Of a stretch of DNA of 54,446 bases, positions 28,728 to 38,561 are shown one piece after another. A model generated the notes under the pieces. The model saw only the letters and a list, made by a program, of their open reading frames with translations, had not been told where the DNA came from and searched no databases. The position numbers were made by a program, and so were the translations under genes. Each line of letters opens with the position of its first letter. Within the stretch, counting starts at the first letter, position 1. Source of the DNA: a virus (lineage: Duplodnaviria; Caudoviricetes); IMG/VR virus record IMGVR_UViG_3300046171_000011, positions 1 to 54,446 of that record; one strand, 5' to 3'.

Positions 28728-29483
28728 TTACCAATCAAATTCACAGGTTACTGTTTTTCTTAAAACTACAGTATTGCCCGGATTACCAAACGTATAAGTA
28801 ACAGATGTTGCACCCATATCAGCATCATACCCGTGTAGTGCTGCTCCACCGCCGCCACCTGATGTCATATTTGTAGGTACAGTATTTGAACCTGCGTCTG
28901 CAAAGTTTGTAACTAAACCTGCAATAGCCCATGAGTTTGCTGAAGAACTAGTAACAGCATCAGTTGTAAAGACATTTATGTTTGATGCGATATTTATAAT
29001 ACCTGTTATTTCATAAATAGAAGCACTTAAAGTCATGTTACTAAATGTTACACTTGTTCCTGTAGGTATATTAGCATAGAACATACCAAGCCTATGTCCA
29101 TCATTTGAGAAGTTACTGTTGTCGTTTACCGCCACAGTCATTGCACTTCCATTTGCACTGGGTGTTGCCAAGTCAGATAGTACTGGCCCTTGCATATCCT
29201 GCATAACAATAAATACCCAACGATATGGATCAGCAGCTTTTTGAAGATCAATAGCAGCATTACCCACAGAACCAATTTTAGTAAAACTAGAAGCTAAAAC
29301 ATTTTGTGTTCCATAAAAATCTGTTAAAGATATAGCCCCTGATGTAGGTATATTATTGTTTACAGATGCATTGATAACATTACTTCCACCACGATAATAC
29401 TCTGACAAACTGGTAGGACTACTGCCACCAAACTCTGTCTGTATATCGGAAAGCGATATTGCTCCACTAGATTGCAGTGTCAT
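28728..29483 (-). CDS. Tail-fibre-associated / receptor-binding protein
   Basis: N-terminal MTLQSSGAISLSDIQTEFGG...SLSEYYRGG module and a variable beta-rich C-terminus. Confidence 0.7.
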   Translation of the reverse strand: MTLQSSGAISLSDIQTEFGGSSPTSLSEYYRGGSNVINASVNNNIPTSGAISLTDFYGTQNVLASSFTKIGSVGNAAIDLQKAADPYRWVFIVMQDMQGPVLSDLATPSANGSAMTVAVNDNSNFSNDGHRLGMFYANIPTGTSVTFSNMTLSASIYEITGIINIASNINVFTTDAVTSSSANSWAIAGLVTNFADAGSNTVPTNMTSGGGGGAALHGYDADMGATSVTYTFGNPGNTVVLRKTVTCEFDW

Positions 29484-31174
29484 TATGCAGACCCACTTGC
29501 TGTTACATCACCCTCTACTGTCAAAGCACCTGCTGATGTGAGTTTTAATCTGTCTGTGCCTTGATATGCAAACTTTAAATCCGAACCTGATTGTGTGATA
29601 GTCCAATCGCCTAAGTCAATAGTGGTTGCGTTCATAGTGCTTGCTGAGAATGCTTGTGAAGAACTACCTGCTAATTCTGCTTTAGTGTCAATCTCTGTTT
29701 GTAATCCATCCACATTTGCTATGGTATGATTATGACTATCATCTGCTACAGTGGCTGTAATGCTAATGTTGCCACCACCATTGAAAGAAGCAGAACCTGT
29801 AACATCACCTGCCAAAGCAATAGTTCTAGCTGTAGCGAGCGTAGTTGCTGTAGTAGCATTGCCACTTAAAGCACCTTCAAATGTACCTGCTACAAGTGTT
29901 TCACTTCCGACTGTCCATTTGTCTGCACTTTCATCCCACACAAAAGTTTTATTAGTAGATGTACCACGTTCAATTTCAATACCACCATTCTGTGAAGGTG
30001 TACCTGTTTCGTTAGAATTAAGAACAATCTGATTATCTGCTAAGTTAATAGTCTCAGTGTTTACTGTAGTAGTTGTACCTGACACGGTAAGATTACCACC
30101 AACAATAAGATTACCTGTTGTAGTAATAGCATCAATATATCCATGTGACCAATAGTTAGAACTGTCACCTAAACTATGTGTACTGTCTGCACTAGGTATA
30201 AGATCAGATGCAACATCTGCAGTTACAGTAACTGTATCACTTGCAGCATTACCAATAGTAGTGTTTCCATTTAGAGTTGTTGCACCTGAGACAGTTACAG
30301 AACCAAAAGAGTTTGCACCTGAAGATGTAACATTACCTGTAATATTACCAGTGACGTTGCCAGTAACATTGCCAGTTAGATTACCTGTAACATCACCTGT
30401 AACAGCAGTAATGTTTGCAGCATCCCCATATATGTTTGCCCAACGAATAGAAGTTGTACCTAAACTGTGTGTACTGTCTGCAGCAGGATTTAAGTTTTTA
30501 ACTGTGGAAGTTGTTGCTATTAAATTGCCTGTAACATTACCTGTGACATTACCTGTAACATCGCCTGTTAAATCACCTGTGACATCACCTGTGACATTAC
30601 CTGTAACATTACCAGTTAATGCTCCTGCTACTCCACCCGAAGCAGTAATAGCACCTGTAACACCTAGAGTGCCACCTATTGTTGTGTTACCTGTAGTATC
30701 AGCTACAACAAACTTGTTTGTATCCATAACAAGTCCACCATTCAATGTGGTTTGACCTGTAACTGCTAATGTCCCACCTACAGTTGTGTTGCCTGTGATA
30801 GCTGCAGTGCTAGATAAAGTTGTTGCTCCTGTGACACCTAAAGTACCACCAACCGTACCATTACCAGAAACAGTAAGTGTGTCTGTGTCTACTGTACCAT
30901 CAAAGTATGCATCTTTAAACTGTGCTGCGCCAGAGCCTAAGTCTAGGGTGTTAGTAGTCTTAGGTAGTACCTGTGTAGCCGATACAATAAGGTCTTGGCT
31001 AGGGCCAACCTTGGTAATAGGTGCGCCGTTACCAGTAGTACCATCATGGACGTGACCACTTGATGCATTAAAAGCAGATTCAACTTGGTTGAACTCACCA
31101 TCTAAGTCATCTGCATCAATAACATTACCATTAGCTATATTGTTAGCTGTATCTTGACGTGTGTAACCTGCCAT
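29483..31174 (-). CDS. Tail fibre protein
   Basis: N-terminal anchor (GYTRQ...DGEFN...GHVHDGT), Gly/Thr/Val-rich body, TGNV repeats. Confidence 0.85.
   Translation of the reverse strand: MAGYTRQDTANNIANGNVIDADDLDGEFNQVESAFNASSGHVHDGTTGNGAPITKVGPSQDLIVSATQVLPKTTNTLDLGSGAAQFKDAYFDGTVDTDTLTVSGNGTVGGTLGVTGATTLSSTAAITGNTTVGGTLAVTGQTTLNGGLVMDTNKFVVADTTGNTTIGGTLGVTGAITASGGVAGALTGNVTGNVTGDVTGDLTGDVTGNVTGNVTGNLIATTSTVKNLNPAADSTHSLGTTSIRWANIYGDAANITAVTGDVTGNLTGNVTGNVTGNITGNVTSSGANSFGSVTVSGATTLNGNTTIGNAASDTVTVTADVASDLIPSADSTHSLGDSSNYWSHGYIDAITTTGNLIVGGNLTVSGTTTTVNTETINLADNQIVLNSNETGTPSQNGGIEIERGTSTNKTFVWDESADKWTVGSETLVAGTFEGALSGNATTATTLATARTIALAGDVTGSASFNGGGNISITATVADDSHNHTIANVDGLQTEIDTKAELAGSSSQAFSASTMNATTIDLGDWTITQSGSDLKFAYQGTDRLKLTSAGALTVEGDVTASGSA
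30334..30616 (-). repeat. 12-nt coding repeats (TGNV/TGDV/TGNL) in two blocks
   Basis: Repeats of the ACCTGTAACATT type near 30334-30402 and 30525-30616. Confidence 0.8.
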
Positions 31175-31175
31175 A

Positions 31176-32714
31176 TTATTGCCTATCGTTTTGTCTGTAC
31201 TCTAACAACGCAGTGTCGAGTGTGAATGTTGGGTTAGTTGAGTTTTCTTCTATACGTATAGCTATTGTTTTAGCTGATCCAATTAGGTTAGTGTTATATA
31301 TTTTATCTAGCTCACCACCATAAGTAGCTGTGTTATATACAGCACTTGATGCACCATAAAGAAATACAGATGTACCTGTACTAGCTATGTTTTGTGTAGG
31401 GGGTTGTATAGTAGTGGCGCTATCAAAGTCATACTTGATGTTAAGGTCTATAGACGTGCTACCTGTAGGTGTAGCATACAAAGTCATCTTATAAAATGTC
31501 TTACGCATCTGTGGGTCATTGATGGGCATGAAGGGTGACTCATATATAGCTTCGATGGTAGACCCATCAAAGTTACTACCTGTCTCCATCTTATATACAT
31601 AGCCATCATCATTAGCAAACATGGCAGACTCTTGATCACCTGCATATCTACTGTCTGCTACATACGCTTTTATGCCTTTTGTAGTAGCCCAACTGATACC
31701 ACTAGAACCCTGAGCAATAAACTTAGTTGCTATCAAACCTTTAGCAACAGCATTTCTCTCAGATGATACATAAGCAAAGATACGATACTGAGATTTATCC
31801 CTTAGTATCATAGAAGAGAAGATGTCTGATGTGTTTAAGAAAGATGTAGCATCTCTGTGTATATTATCTGATGCAACATCCAACGCAAAGTCACCAATAC
31901 GATCTGTAGCACTTAGTAGTCGGATACCATCAGGGGCTAAGTAGATAACATCACCACCAACCTCTTGTATTGTATCCCCATTAATACAACCTATTCGGTT
32001 TGTTATGGGTGACAGATTAAAGTCAGCAGATGTGTTTCCTGTAAGTCTTTGTATAGTATCCGTTGTAAATATAATTAGTTGATCACGAAATATAGTAAGA
32101 CCTGTTACATCATGTCCTACACTTATACTACCTGCACCATTAGCTGCACTAAAATTATCCACTGTAAGAGGTGCAGTAAAATATACAACATTACCTTTTG
32201 CGTAAAACGCTGTATTCTTAAAGATGGCTACATGCTCAGCACCATTAACATCTGTGCTATTACTAGATGTCATAAACGACATAGTGTTACCAGATGTATT
32301 ATACACGGCAGGATAGTTAGTGCCGTCTACAAATACAACCTTATCATCACCGTTTAAGTTAAACTCAGCGTGACGTGCTTTACCACCATTAGTACCAACA
32401 CTGGTAGCCATGCTAGTCCACGATGTACCTGTTCCGTAGTAGTACTGTGTTTGATTGCTTCCGTTCTTACGTGCTGCTACTACACGACCAGATGAAATAA
32501 CTTTAAGAGCTAGTATAGGACCAGAGCCTGTGACTGCTGTACTACTGTACTTAGTATAACCTAGTAACTTACTGTAGCCACCATCTTTGTTAGGCTCAAA
32601 GTTCTGTAATATAGTAGCAGAGCCTACAGCATTACTGCCTTGCTGTAGAGGGCTAAGGTTGGATAGTAGCCCACCCTTAAACTCTATAGGATATGTCTGC
32701 CATTGTGTTGCCAT
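31176..32714 (-). CDS. Tail tubular protein B / nozzle
   Basis: 512 aa beta-rich protein with FKGGL, IGC and YLAPDGIR motifs; follows the adaptor gene. Confidence 0.8.
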   Translation of the reverse strand: MATQWQTYPIEFKGGLLSNLSPLQQGSNAVGSATILQNFEPNKDGGYSKLLGYTKYSSTAVTGSGPILALKVISSGRVVAARKNGSNQTQYYYGTGTSWTSMATSVGTNGGKARHAEFNLNGDDKVVFVDGTNYPAVYNTSGNTMSFMTSSNSTDVNGAEHVAIFKNTAFYAKGNVVYFTAPLTVDNFSAANGAGSISVGHDVTGLTIFRDQLIIFTTDTIQRLTGNTSADFNLSPITNRIGCINGDTIQEVGGDVIYLAPDGIRLLSATDRIGDFALDVASDNIHRDATSFLNTSDIFSSMILRDKSQYRIFAYVSSERNAVAKGLIATKFIAQGSSGISWATTKGIKAYVADSRYAGDQESAMFANDDGYVYKMETGSNFDGSTIEAIYESPFMPINDPQMRKTFYKMTLYATPTGSTSIDLNIKYDFDSATTIQPPTQNIASTGTSVFLYGASSAVYNTATYGGELDKIYNTNLIGSAKTIAIRIEENSTNPTFTLDTALLEYRQNDRQ

Positions 32715-33403
32715 TAGAAATGAACTCTTGTATCACGTAAATATTCAGTACGGTTAATATGTAGGCTTCTTAATTGCTTAATACCTTGAGTAAACTTTTG
32801 TAGCGCAGCCTGTGCAGCTTGCATGTCACCCCGGAATTGGTATGCGTAATACATAGCACCATCTACTATAACATACTTGTATTGCTCTGGAAGGGTAGGT
32901 ACATCCCCATGCAACTCTAAGTCATATGCCAAAGTGTAGTACTCATATATTACTTCGTATGCTTTATCAGGTGCAGGGTAGAATATAAGCTCTCTGCTAG
33001 GTGTTCTAACCACATGGGTAGGTACAGTACGTGTATCTGTACTAGAGTTATACTCTGAATCAGCGTATTTGTCAAGCCATTCTTCATAGCTAAGTACTTT
33101 TAATTTAACAGTTTCTACGTTTAATGTACTGTCTCTCTTAATACGAAAGCTATTTAGGTTGACTGTCTTAGCATCGTAGGGCATACTGTAGCGAACTTCA
33201 CCTGCTAGTAAAACCTCTGTTTCTTCTACGTGATTCCAAGGCCATTCAAACTCTTCTTGATTGATGTGACGAATTGACGCATTTACTGCATCCTTAGCAA
33301 AGCTATAGAAGCCTGTAGCAGAAGCAAAGTTAGTTGTGCTTAGCTCTACCTCGTTTAACCTACGGTTAATATCATTTACTAAACTTAAAAAGTTGTAGGC
33401 CAT
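32714..33403 (-). CDS. Tail tubular protein A / head-tail adaptor
   Basis: LVN...RLNE, WPWN and YPAPDKAY motifs. Confidence 0.8.
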   Translation of the reverse strand: MAYNFLSLVNDINRRLNEVELSTTNFASATGFYSFAKDAVNASIRHINQEEFEWPWNHVEETEVLLAGEVRYSMPYDAKTVNLNSFRIKRDSTLNVETVKLKVLSYEEWLDKYADSEYNSSTDTRTVPTHVVRTPSRELIFYPAPDKAYEVIYEYYTLAYDLELHGDVPTLPEQYKYVIVDGAMYYAYQFRGDMQAAQAALQKFTQGIKQLRSLHINRTEYLRDTRVHF

Positions 33404-33405
33404 TA

Positions 33406-33723
33406 TTACTTCTCCTTAATGCGTAAGAATACAGAACGCTCATATTGTAGTCCACCGTTTGTTGTAATCTTACACGTTATTCTATACCTAATATTGTTAG
33501 TACCTAAACCTAATCTAATTGTAGATACAGTATTAGTATACGTACCTTGTGCAAACTGTAATCCATTAACTATATCTGTTGCTGATACCTCTGTCTTTGT
33601 ACCGTCTGCAGCATCTATATACCATGTTACACCAGAAATAGTATCAGTGTCAAGGAAACGTGACCAATCAATGCTATAGTCTAGTAATTCATCTTTATCT
33701 TTATCGGGCCACTTGTATGACAT
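33406..33723 (-). CDS. Fibre-tail adaptor-like small structural protein
   Basis: KDKDELLDYSIDWS...Y.ITCKITT..G..YERS motif. Confidence 0.7.
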   Translation of the reverse strand: MSYKWPDKDKDELLDYSIDWSRFLDTDTISGVTWYIDAADGTKTEVSATDIVNGLQFAQGTYTNTVSTIRLGLGTNNIRYRITCKITTNGGLQYERSVFLRIKEK

Positions 33724-33734
33724 TATATAATCCT

Positions 33735-35390
33735 TTAGGCTGCAATCTTGATAGTCTGTGTATTGTTGTTCTGTTTTGATAAGAACAACGTTCTATTTTG
33801 TGGGGCTATTACAACTGTGTTGTTGTTTCTTTCGGGTAGTAGGTAGACAGTTCTATTATCTGCTGTTACATTTACAGTTATTCTGTCATCCTCTGACACA
33901 AGTACAACAGCACGTTGTCTGCTGTATAGGTCTGCGTAAGGGGCAAAGTCAAATGTAACACCTGTCGCAGTAAGTTGTCCTAGTGCCACCTGTAATCCAA
34001 CAGATGTTAGACCTTGTGCTGCAGAGAAAGAAAGAAGTCCAATAGAACCTGTTGCAAAGACACTGTTTAAAACTTCACTAACTTTTGCCTCTAAACCACT
34101 TACTTCACCTTCGACAACTACACCTGTCAAAGTCGTAGAGTTACCAACCCCTAAAGAACCTACACTACCAGAAGCACTAACACCTGTTATTACTTTTGTT
34201 ATATTTGCTACAGGATTTAAAGTGTTTACTGTACCAGAGCTTTGTACCCCTGTCAGTGTTAAACTCACATTAGGTGACAGAGAGCCTATATTACCTGTAG
34301 CACTTACAGAGTTTAAGGCTTCTGATGTATCAGCAACTACAGAACCTAAAGCTGTTGTACCTACTACACTAGAAAGACTTTCTGAAATATTTACAGATAC
34401 AGTAGCTACAGCAACAGTAGAACTTACAGAGAGTAGTCTTTCTGATACATCAATTTCAAAACCGTTTATAGATACAGACGTTACTATACCTGTAGAAGAT
34501 ACTCCTGTAAGACCACTAGCTGTATGAGTTTGAAGTGTACCAACAGAACCAGAACTTTGTACACCAACAAGGTTTTCATTTACTTTAGGTTTTATTGTAC
34601 CTACAGAAGAACTTAATGCACTGCTTGAAATGGCTATATTAGAAGATGCAGTAGGTGTAAGTGTACCTACACCTGATGTAGAAGATACACCACTTAATTC
34701 TTCTGTAATATTTACTTGTACTGTGTTTATGTTAGTAGTAGAACTAACACTGTTTAATTTTTCAGAAGGTTTTACTTCTATTGTGCCTATAGAACCAGTA
34801 GCACTTAAACTAGAAAGAATAACAATTAAATCTGCTAGTGCAACTACACTTCCTACACTTGCGGTAGACCCAATGCCAGAAATACTTACACTAATGTTTT
34901 CTGTTACAGTATTTATTGAACCTGTAGCTGAAACACTAGTTAATGTAGTAGAGTTACCTACACTTACAGTATTTACTGCACCTGTAGATGAGATACCAGT
35001 TAATGCAGTGGAGTTACCTACACCTACAGTATTTATAGAACTTGTTCCAGAAGCACCAGTAAGTGTAACTGTATTGCTGTGTTCTAGTGTACCTATTGAG
35101 CCAGTACTTTGTACTGCTGTAGGTGTTACAGTTAGATTTACAGAGACTGAACTAATACCTGTTGTACCAGAAACACTGCCTAGCTTTTCTTCTGTATTAA
35201 AACTTATAGTTCCTACAGCACCAGTAGCACTTACAGACCCAAGTCTTTCCGAGATGTCAACTTCAAAGCCACCAACAGATAGACCTGCTACTGCAGTACT
35301 AGCAGAGACACTACCTAAAGAAACATCTGCAGATACAGATGAAGTTGCTACCCCAAAGGGAGCTTCAGATAGTGCCGTAAAACCAAACAT
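33735..35390 (-). CDS. Ser/Thr/Gly/Val-rich repeat fibre protein
   Basis: Degenerate ~20-aa repeats (L.GVS.TG.VGT); N-terminus MFGFTALSEAPF. Confidence 0.75.
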   Translation of the reverse strand: MFGFTALSEAPFGVATSSVSADVSLGSVSASTAVAGLSVGGFEVDISERLGSVSATGAVGTISFNTEEKLGSVSGTTGISSVSVNLTVTPTAVQSTGSIGTLEHSNTVTLTGASGTSSINTVGVGNSTALTGISSTGAVNTVSVGNSTTLTSVSATGSINTVTENISVSISGIGSTASVGSVVALADLIVILSSLSATGSIGTIEVKPSEKLNSVSSTTNINTVQVNITEELSGVSSTSGVGTLTPTASSNIAISSSALSSSVGTIKPKVNENLVGVQSSGSVGTLQTHTASGLTGVSSTGIVTSVSINGFEIDVSERLLSVSSTVAVATVSVNISESLSSVVGTTALGSVVADTSEALNSVSATGNIGSLSPNVSLTLTGVQSSGTVNTLNPVANITKVITGVSASGSVGSLGVGNSTTLTGVVVEGEVSGLEAKVSEVLNSVFATGSIGLLSFSAAQGLTSVGLQVALGQLTATGVTFDFAPYADLYSRQRAVVLVSEDDRITVNVTADNRTVYLLPERNNNTVVIAPQNRTLFLSKQNNNTQTIKIAA

Positions 35391-35409
35391 TAGCTAACCT
35401 TAACTATCG

Positions 35410-35835
35410 TCATGCTAAGTCTCCGTGTGCGTTAAATGCTGCATAAGGATAATCTTGTATGCCAGATGCCGTTGGGCTTGAATAAACTGTAATCAATCTA
35501 GCACTGCTTGCTGTTACAGCACTGTTTTCTCTAGGCTGAACATTATAGGCGTAAGTTGTTATAGCCGATCCAAAAGCAAAAGTACCGCCGATTTGGTAAT
35601 TAGCACTGCCAAAATTGTTAGTGTAAGCAAAAGTATAATCACCACTACCATTGTCAGTCAAACCACTGATGCCAAGGCTGTCACGAATAGAAGGGGAGGT
35701 TGATGTTTCAACACTACCCCCATTCCAACAGCACCAAGCCTTTGCAGCCCCATTGACCACAATGCTAGTGCCGACTGTTGTCGTACCATCGGTTACATTG
35801 TGTTGAAACTGAGATAGGTTTAAAGCCCTTCCCAT
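35410..35835 (-). CDS. Tail-fibre-associated protein, HGDLA paralog 4
   Basis: AKAW...IRDS.GISGLTDNGSGDY...HGDLA. Confidence 0.75.
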   Translation of the reverse strand: MGRALNLSQFQHNVTDGTTTVGTSIVVNGAAKAWCCWNGGSVETSTSPSIRDSLGISGLTDNGSGDYTFAYTNNFGSANYQIGGTFAFGSAITTYAYNVQPRENSAVTASSARLITVYSSPTASGIQDYPYAAFNAHGDLA

Positions 35836-35836
35836 A

Positions 35837-36184
35837 CTACTCTCCTAGCAAAGTAGTCAAGTTCAATGCTTTCAACGCATCGGGTGTGCTTGCTCCTGCA
35901 ATACGACTGTCTGCTGTGATGTCACGAAGAGTTGCCTTTTGTGTGGCAATAGCATCTGCACCTGACCCTGCTTCCAGAGCTTTCATGTAAGACACATCTA
36001 ACGCTTCAAGCCGTGGTTTTCGTTCTGCACGAAGATTGTCTTTGTGAATATCTCTGGCCTTAGCCATGTCCACTTCAATGACGGCCTCATTGTAAGTCCA
36101 TGCCCCACGAAATGTACGATCTGTAGGTACGGTAAGGGATGCCGCATCACGAACATCCCCATTGATGTTAATATAAGTTGTCAT
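35837..36184 (-). CDS. Tail fibre assembly-like protein
   Basis: DRTFRGAW, R.ER...L..LD and K..LRDIT motifs. Confidence 0.7.
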   Translation of the reverse strand: MTTYININGDVRDAASLTVPTDRTFRGAWTYNEAVIEVDMAKARDIHKDNLRAERKPRLEALDVSYMKALEAGSGADAIATQKATLRDITADSRIAGASTPDALKALNLTTLLGE

Positions 36185-36618
36185 GCTGCAATCCTTTCGT
36201 CAGCTTCTTGATTAATCTTCCAAGCATTTCTAAATGATCTGTCACTTGGAACTAGTTCAACAGGTACAATCTTCATAATTGTTCTGTTTCCTTTGTAATC
36301 TCTCCATATGCTCGGACAGATGTCCTTTTGAATGAGATACTCCACGCTTTGCTCTTCGGTCATAGGGCCAATGGGTTCTGCGTATGGATGCTCTTTTGGC
36401 TCTCCGTCTGGCACAAGTCTGTCACGTTGATATGTGTCTATCGGTGGCAGGATGTTGCCCTCTAGTGCCGCAGCCATCCAATTCGGATCAGGCACAAGCA
36501 CCTTGGCAGGTTCGTCAGGTGCAGAAGGGTCTTCAAAAACGACACGATACTTAGACTGAACTGGCGCAAGACGGCTCTTAGCTTCGGCTAGTCTATCCCA
36601 TAGGTGTTCGTGGGTCAT
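36181..36618 (-). CDS. Tail-fibre-associated hypothetical protein
   Basis: KDICP...VPSDRSFRNAW motif. Confidence 0.7.
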   Translation of the reverse strand: MTHEHLWDRLAEAKSRLAPVQSKYRVVFEDPSAPDEPAKVLVPDPNWMAAALEGNILPPIDTYQRDRLVPDGEPKEHPYAEPIGPMTEEQSVEYLIQKDICPSIWRDYKGNRTIMKIVPVELVPSDRSFRNAWKINQEADERIAA

Positions 36619-37010
36619 GCTAAGTCTCCGTGGATTGTAACTTGCCCCTTATGTGAGTCATAAAAATCACTACTTGAATGGTCTGCGTATACGTTTCTAA
36701 AATACCATTTTGAAACTGTTCTATTTGCGTAACCTGTAGCATCAGCAAGAGTTACACAATAAGACCCCAAACTCGAAACATAAGTAGTTTGAGATGGGGA
36801 GGTATACAATGTGTTGGACATTGCACTTGTCCAATTTAAATCACCTTGACCATTTGAGCTATCGGTTAAGCTGCTTGTGTTAATACTGTCTGATATTGCG
36901 GGGGTCTGTTGATTGAAAGTACACCAAGCCTTAGCTGACCCATTGACCACATAGCTTGTGCCGACTGTTGTTGTGCCATCGGTGATGTTGGAAACGCTAA
37001 GGGTACTCAT
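36615..37010 (-). CDS. HGDLA paralog 3
   Basis: MSTLSVSNITDG...AKAW...SSLTD...HGDLA. Confidence 0.75.
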   Translation of the reverse strand: MSTLSVSNITDGTTTVGTSYVVNGSAKAWCTFNQQTPAISDSINTSSLTDSSNGQGDLNWTSAMSNTLYTSPSQTTYVSSLGSYCVTLADATGYANRTVSKWYFRNVYADHSSSDFYDSHKGQVTIHGDLA

Positions 37011-37375
37011 GCTAAGTCTCCCAAGGCTAAGAACTGTGCCGTAGTGTCTATTAATGAACTGCTATTATTGTATTGCACCGAATAATGAGCAGTTGTGCTA
37101 CTGTTACAATAAATAAATGCTCCACCGCCATGTGACCAAGAACTTATCCCACGGTTCTGTCCTGCACCACCCAAAGCTGGATTTGCAAAGTTGTTTGTAT
37201 AATTAAACTGCTTACCGCTTGTCCCATTGTCCGTCACCGAACTTACGTTGAATGACCCTGTTGCTGTTATTGATCCCGCAGCATCACAGTCGCCAAAAGC
37301 ACCCGCAACCCCTGACACTGCACGACTAGCTGTTTCCCCTGTCTTTTTGATGTTGGTGACCGTTAGTGTGCTCAT
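37007..37375 (-). CDS. HGDLA paralog 2
   Basis: MSTLTVTNI...SFNVSSVTDNG...LGDLA. Confidence 0.75.
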   Translation of the reverse strand: MSTLTVTNIKKTGETASRAVSGVAGAFGDCDAAGSITATGSFNVSSVTDNGTSGKQFNYTNNFANPALGGAGQNRGISSWSHGGGAFIYCNSSTTAHYSVQYNNSSSLIDTTAQFLALGDLA

Positions 37376-37752
37376 GCTAGGTCTCCGTGGAATGTATGGG
37401 TCATAAGGTCACAATCTGCTCTGCCGCCATTGTCATATTTATTATGAATTATTTTTATTGCACTAGCTGTAACAGTTCCGTCTATATTTGCTATGGTTGG
37501 GAAAGCTGTAGAAGTTTGACGTTTTGTTAAGGCTGCTCCTGTGTAATTTGCACTGTCAAAAGCACTCGTAAAATTTGTTGTGTTTTCTCCTACCGCATTA
37601 TCAACAAGAGAAGCCACGCCAAAACTGTTGTTAATTGAGATCGTTCCCGACCCATCAAAATTAACCCAAGCCTTCGCAGCACTCTGCTTCGTCAGTGTAA
37701 CAGGGTCAGTGCCATTGGCAGCGCTTATCGTATTTGCTCGTAATTCAGACAA
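37372..37752 (-). CDS. HGDLA paralog 1
   Basis: MSELRANTI...AKAWVNF...HGDLA. Confidence 0.75.
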   Translation of the reverse strand: MSELRANTISAANGTDPVTLTKQSAAKAWVNFDGSGTISINNSFGVASLVDNAVGENTTNFTSAFDSANYTGAALTKRQTSTAFPTIANIDGTVTASAIKIIHNKYDNGGRADCDLMTHTFHGDLA

Positions 37753-38206
37753 TGGACAAGTTCCCTCCGCTTGTGACAGTCAGAGTGACACCTGATGCAA
37801 TGGCTAGTGGGCCTACTGCTGTGGCGTTTTCATCTGCGTCGATAGTGACGTTTGTGTTTAGGGTTTGCTCATTGATGCGGAAGATGTCACCTGCACCTGA
37901 TGCTGCACCGACTGTGCCACGTTCACCTTTATAGTAGCCACCGCCCGACGATCCGCTTTCAAATGTGTTAAAGGCAACAACTTCTACATAATCACCAACA
38001 GTCAAACCAGAAGCCATGACCACATCTGAGCCATTGCTTGCTGTGTAGTCTGTGCCGTTTTTCAGGTGTGAACCATTAACGTAAACATCTAAGAAAGACG
38101 GTGTATAACCTGATGTGGCAAAGGTTGTCTGTGATGCTGTAGCTGTGAAGACATCCCTTGTCTGTGAAGCCTGTGGGACAGGTGTTGTGCCGATGTATCC
38201 ACTCAT
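37745..38206 (-). CDS. Tail-fibre-associated protein
   Basis: MSGYIG start, FTATASQTTF..YT...DVYVNG..DYTA module, C-terminal GP.I.SGVTLTV. Confidence 0.75.
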   Translation of the reverse strand: MSGYIGTTPVPQASQTRDVFTATASQTTFATSGYTPSFLDVYVNGSHLKNGTDYTASNGSDVVMASGLTVGDYVEVVAFNTFESGSSGGGYYKGERGTVGAASGAGDIFRINEQTLNTNVTIDADENATAVGPLAIASGVTLTVTSGGNLSIV

Positions 38207-38283
38207 TTCGGTAGCTCCGAAGCCTCTGCATTTCGTTGCGCTGCTGTTTTTGCAACGCCTAATTCAAATGCTTTTGTCGTCAT
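38203..38283 (-). pseudogene. 26-aa mini-ORF, probable remnant of a fibre chaperone-like gene
   Basis: MTTKAFELGVAKTAAQRNAEASELPK resembles the C-terminal KTRSQREAE of the neighbouring gene. Confidence 0.4.
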
Positions 38284-38549
38284 TATTCAGCTTCCCTCTG
38301 ACTGCGTGTTTTGTAATCAGATCGGGCTGTCACAAGTGCAACAAAATCTGCCTTGTTCGACGGGATTGGATCGGTGAAACTATCATCGTTCATTAACCGA
38401 GTAGTCCAGTCCTGTTGCATCCGCTTCCAGCAGTTATCTTTTTTGCCTGTGATTGCATCTTGCACCCACTGGTTAATGTCCAACAGGTCGTTCAGCATTA
38501 CGGCTTGATCGGTGTCATCTATTGTTGCTGTTATAGTTAGTGTTGCCAT
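38283..38549 (-). CDS. Small fibre-associated (chaperone-like) protein
   Basis: ORF with a GGAG RBS directly after the C1q-like gene. Confidence 0.7.
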   Translation of the reverse strand: MATLTITATIDDTDQAVMLNDLLDINQWVQDAITGKKDNCWKRMQQDWTTRLMNDDSFTDPIPSNKADFVALVTARSDYKTRSQREAE

Positions 38550-38561
38550 TTGCTTTCTCCG

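Noticed and set aside
34630-35397. Long + strand ORFs opposite structural genes (also 26162-26731, 30261-30755, 43128-43535)
   Set aside because: They are antisense shadows of repetitive genes, lack an RBS and run against the operon direction.
35410-37752. Diversity-generating retroelement or invertase shufflon
   Set aside because: No reverse transcriptase or adjacent invertase, all cassettes are in the same orientation, and the differences are not adenine-specific.
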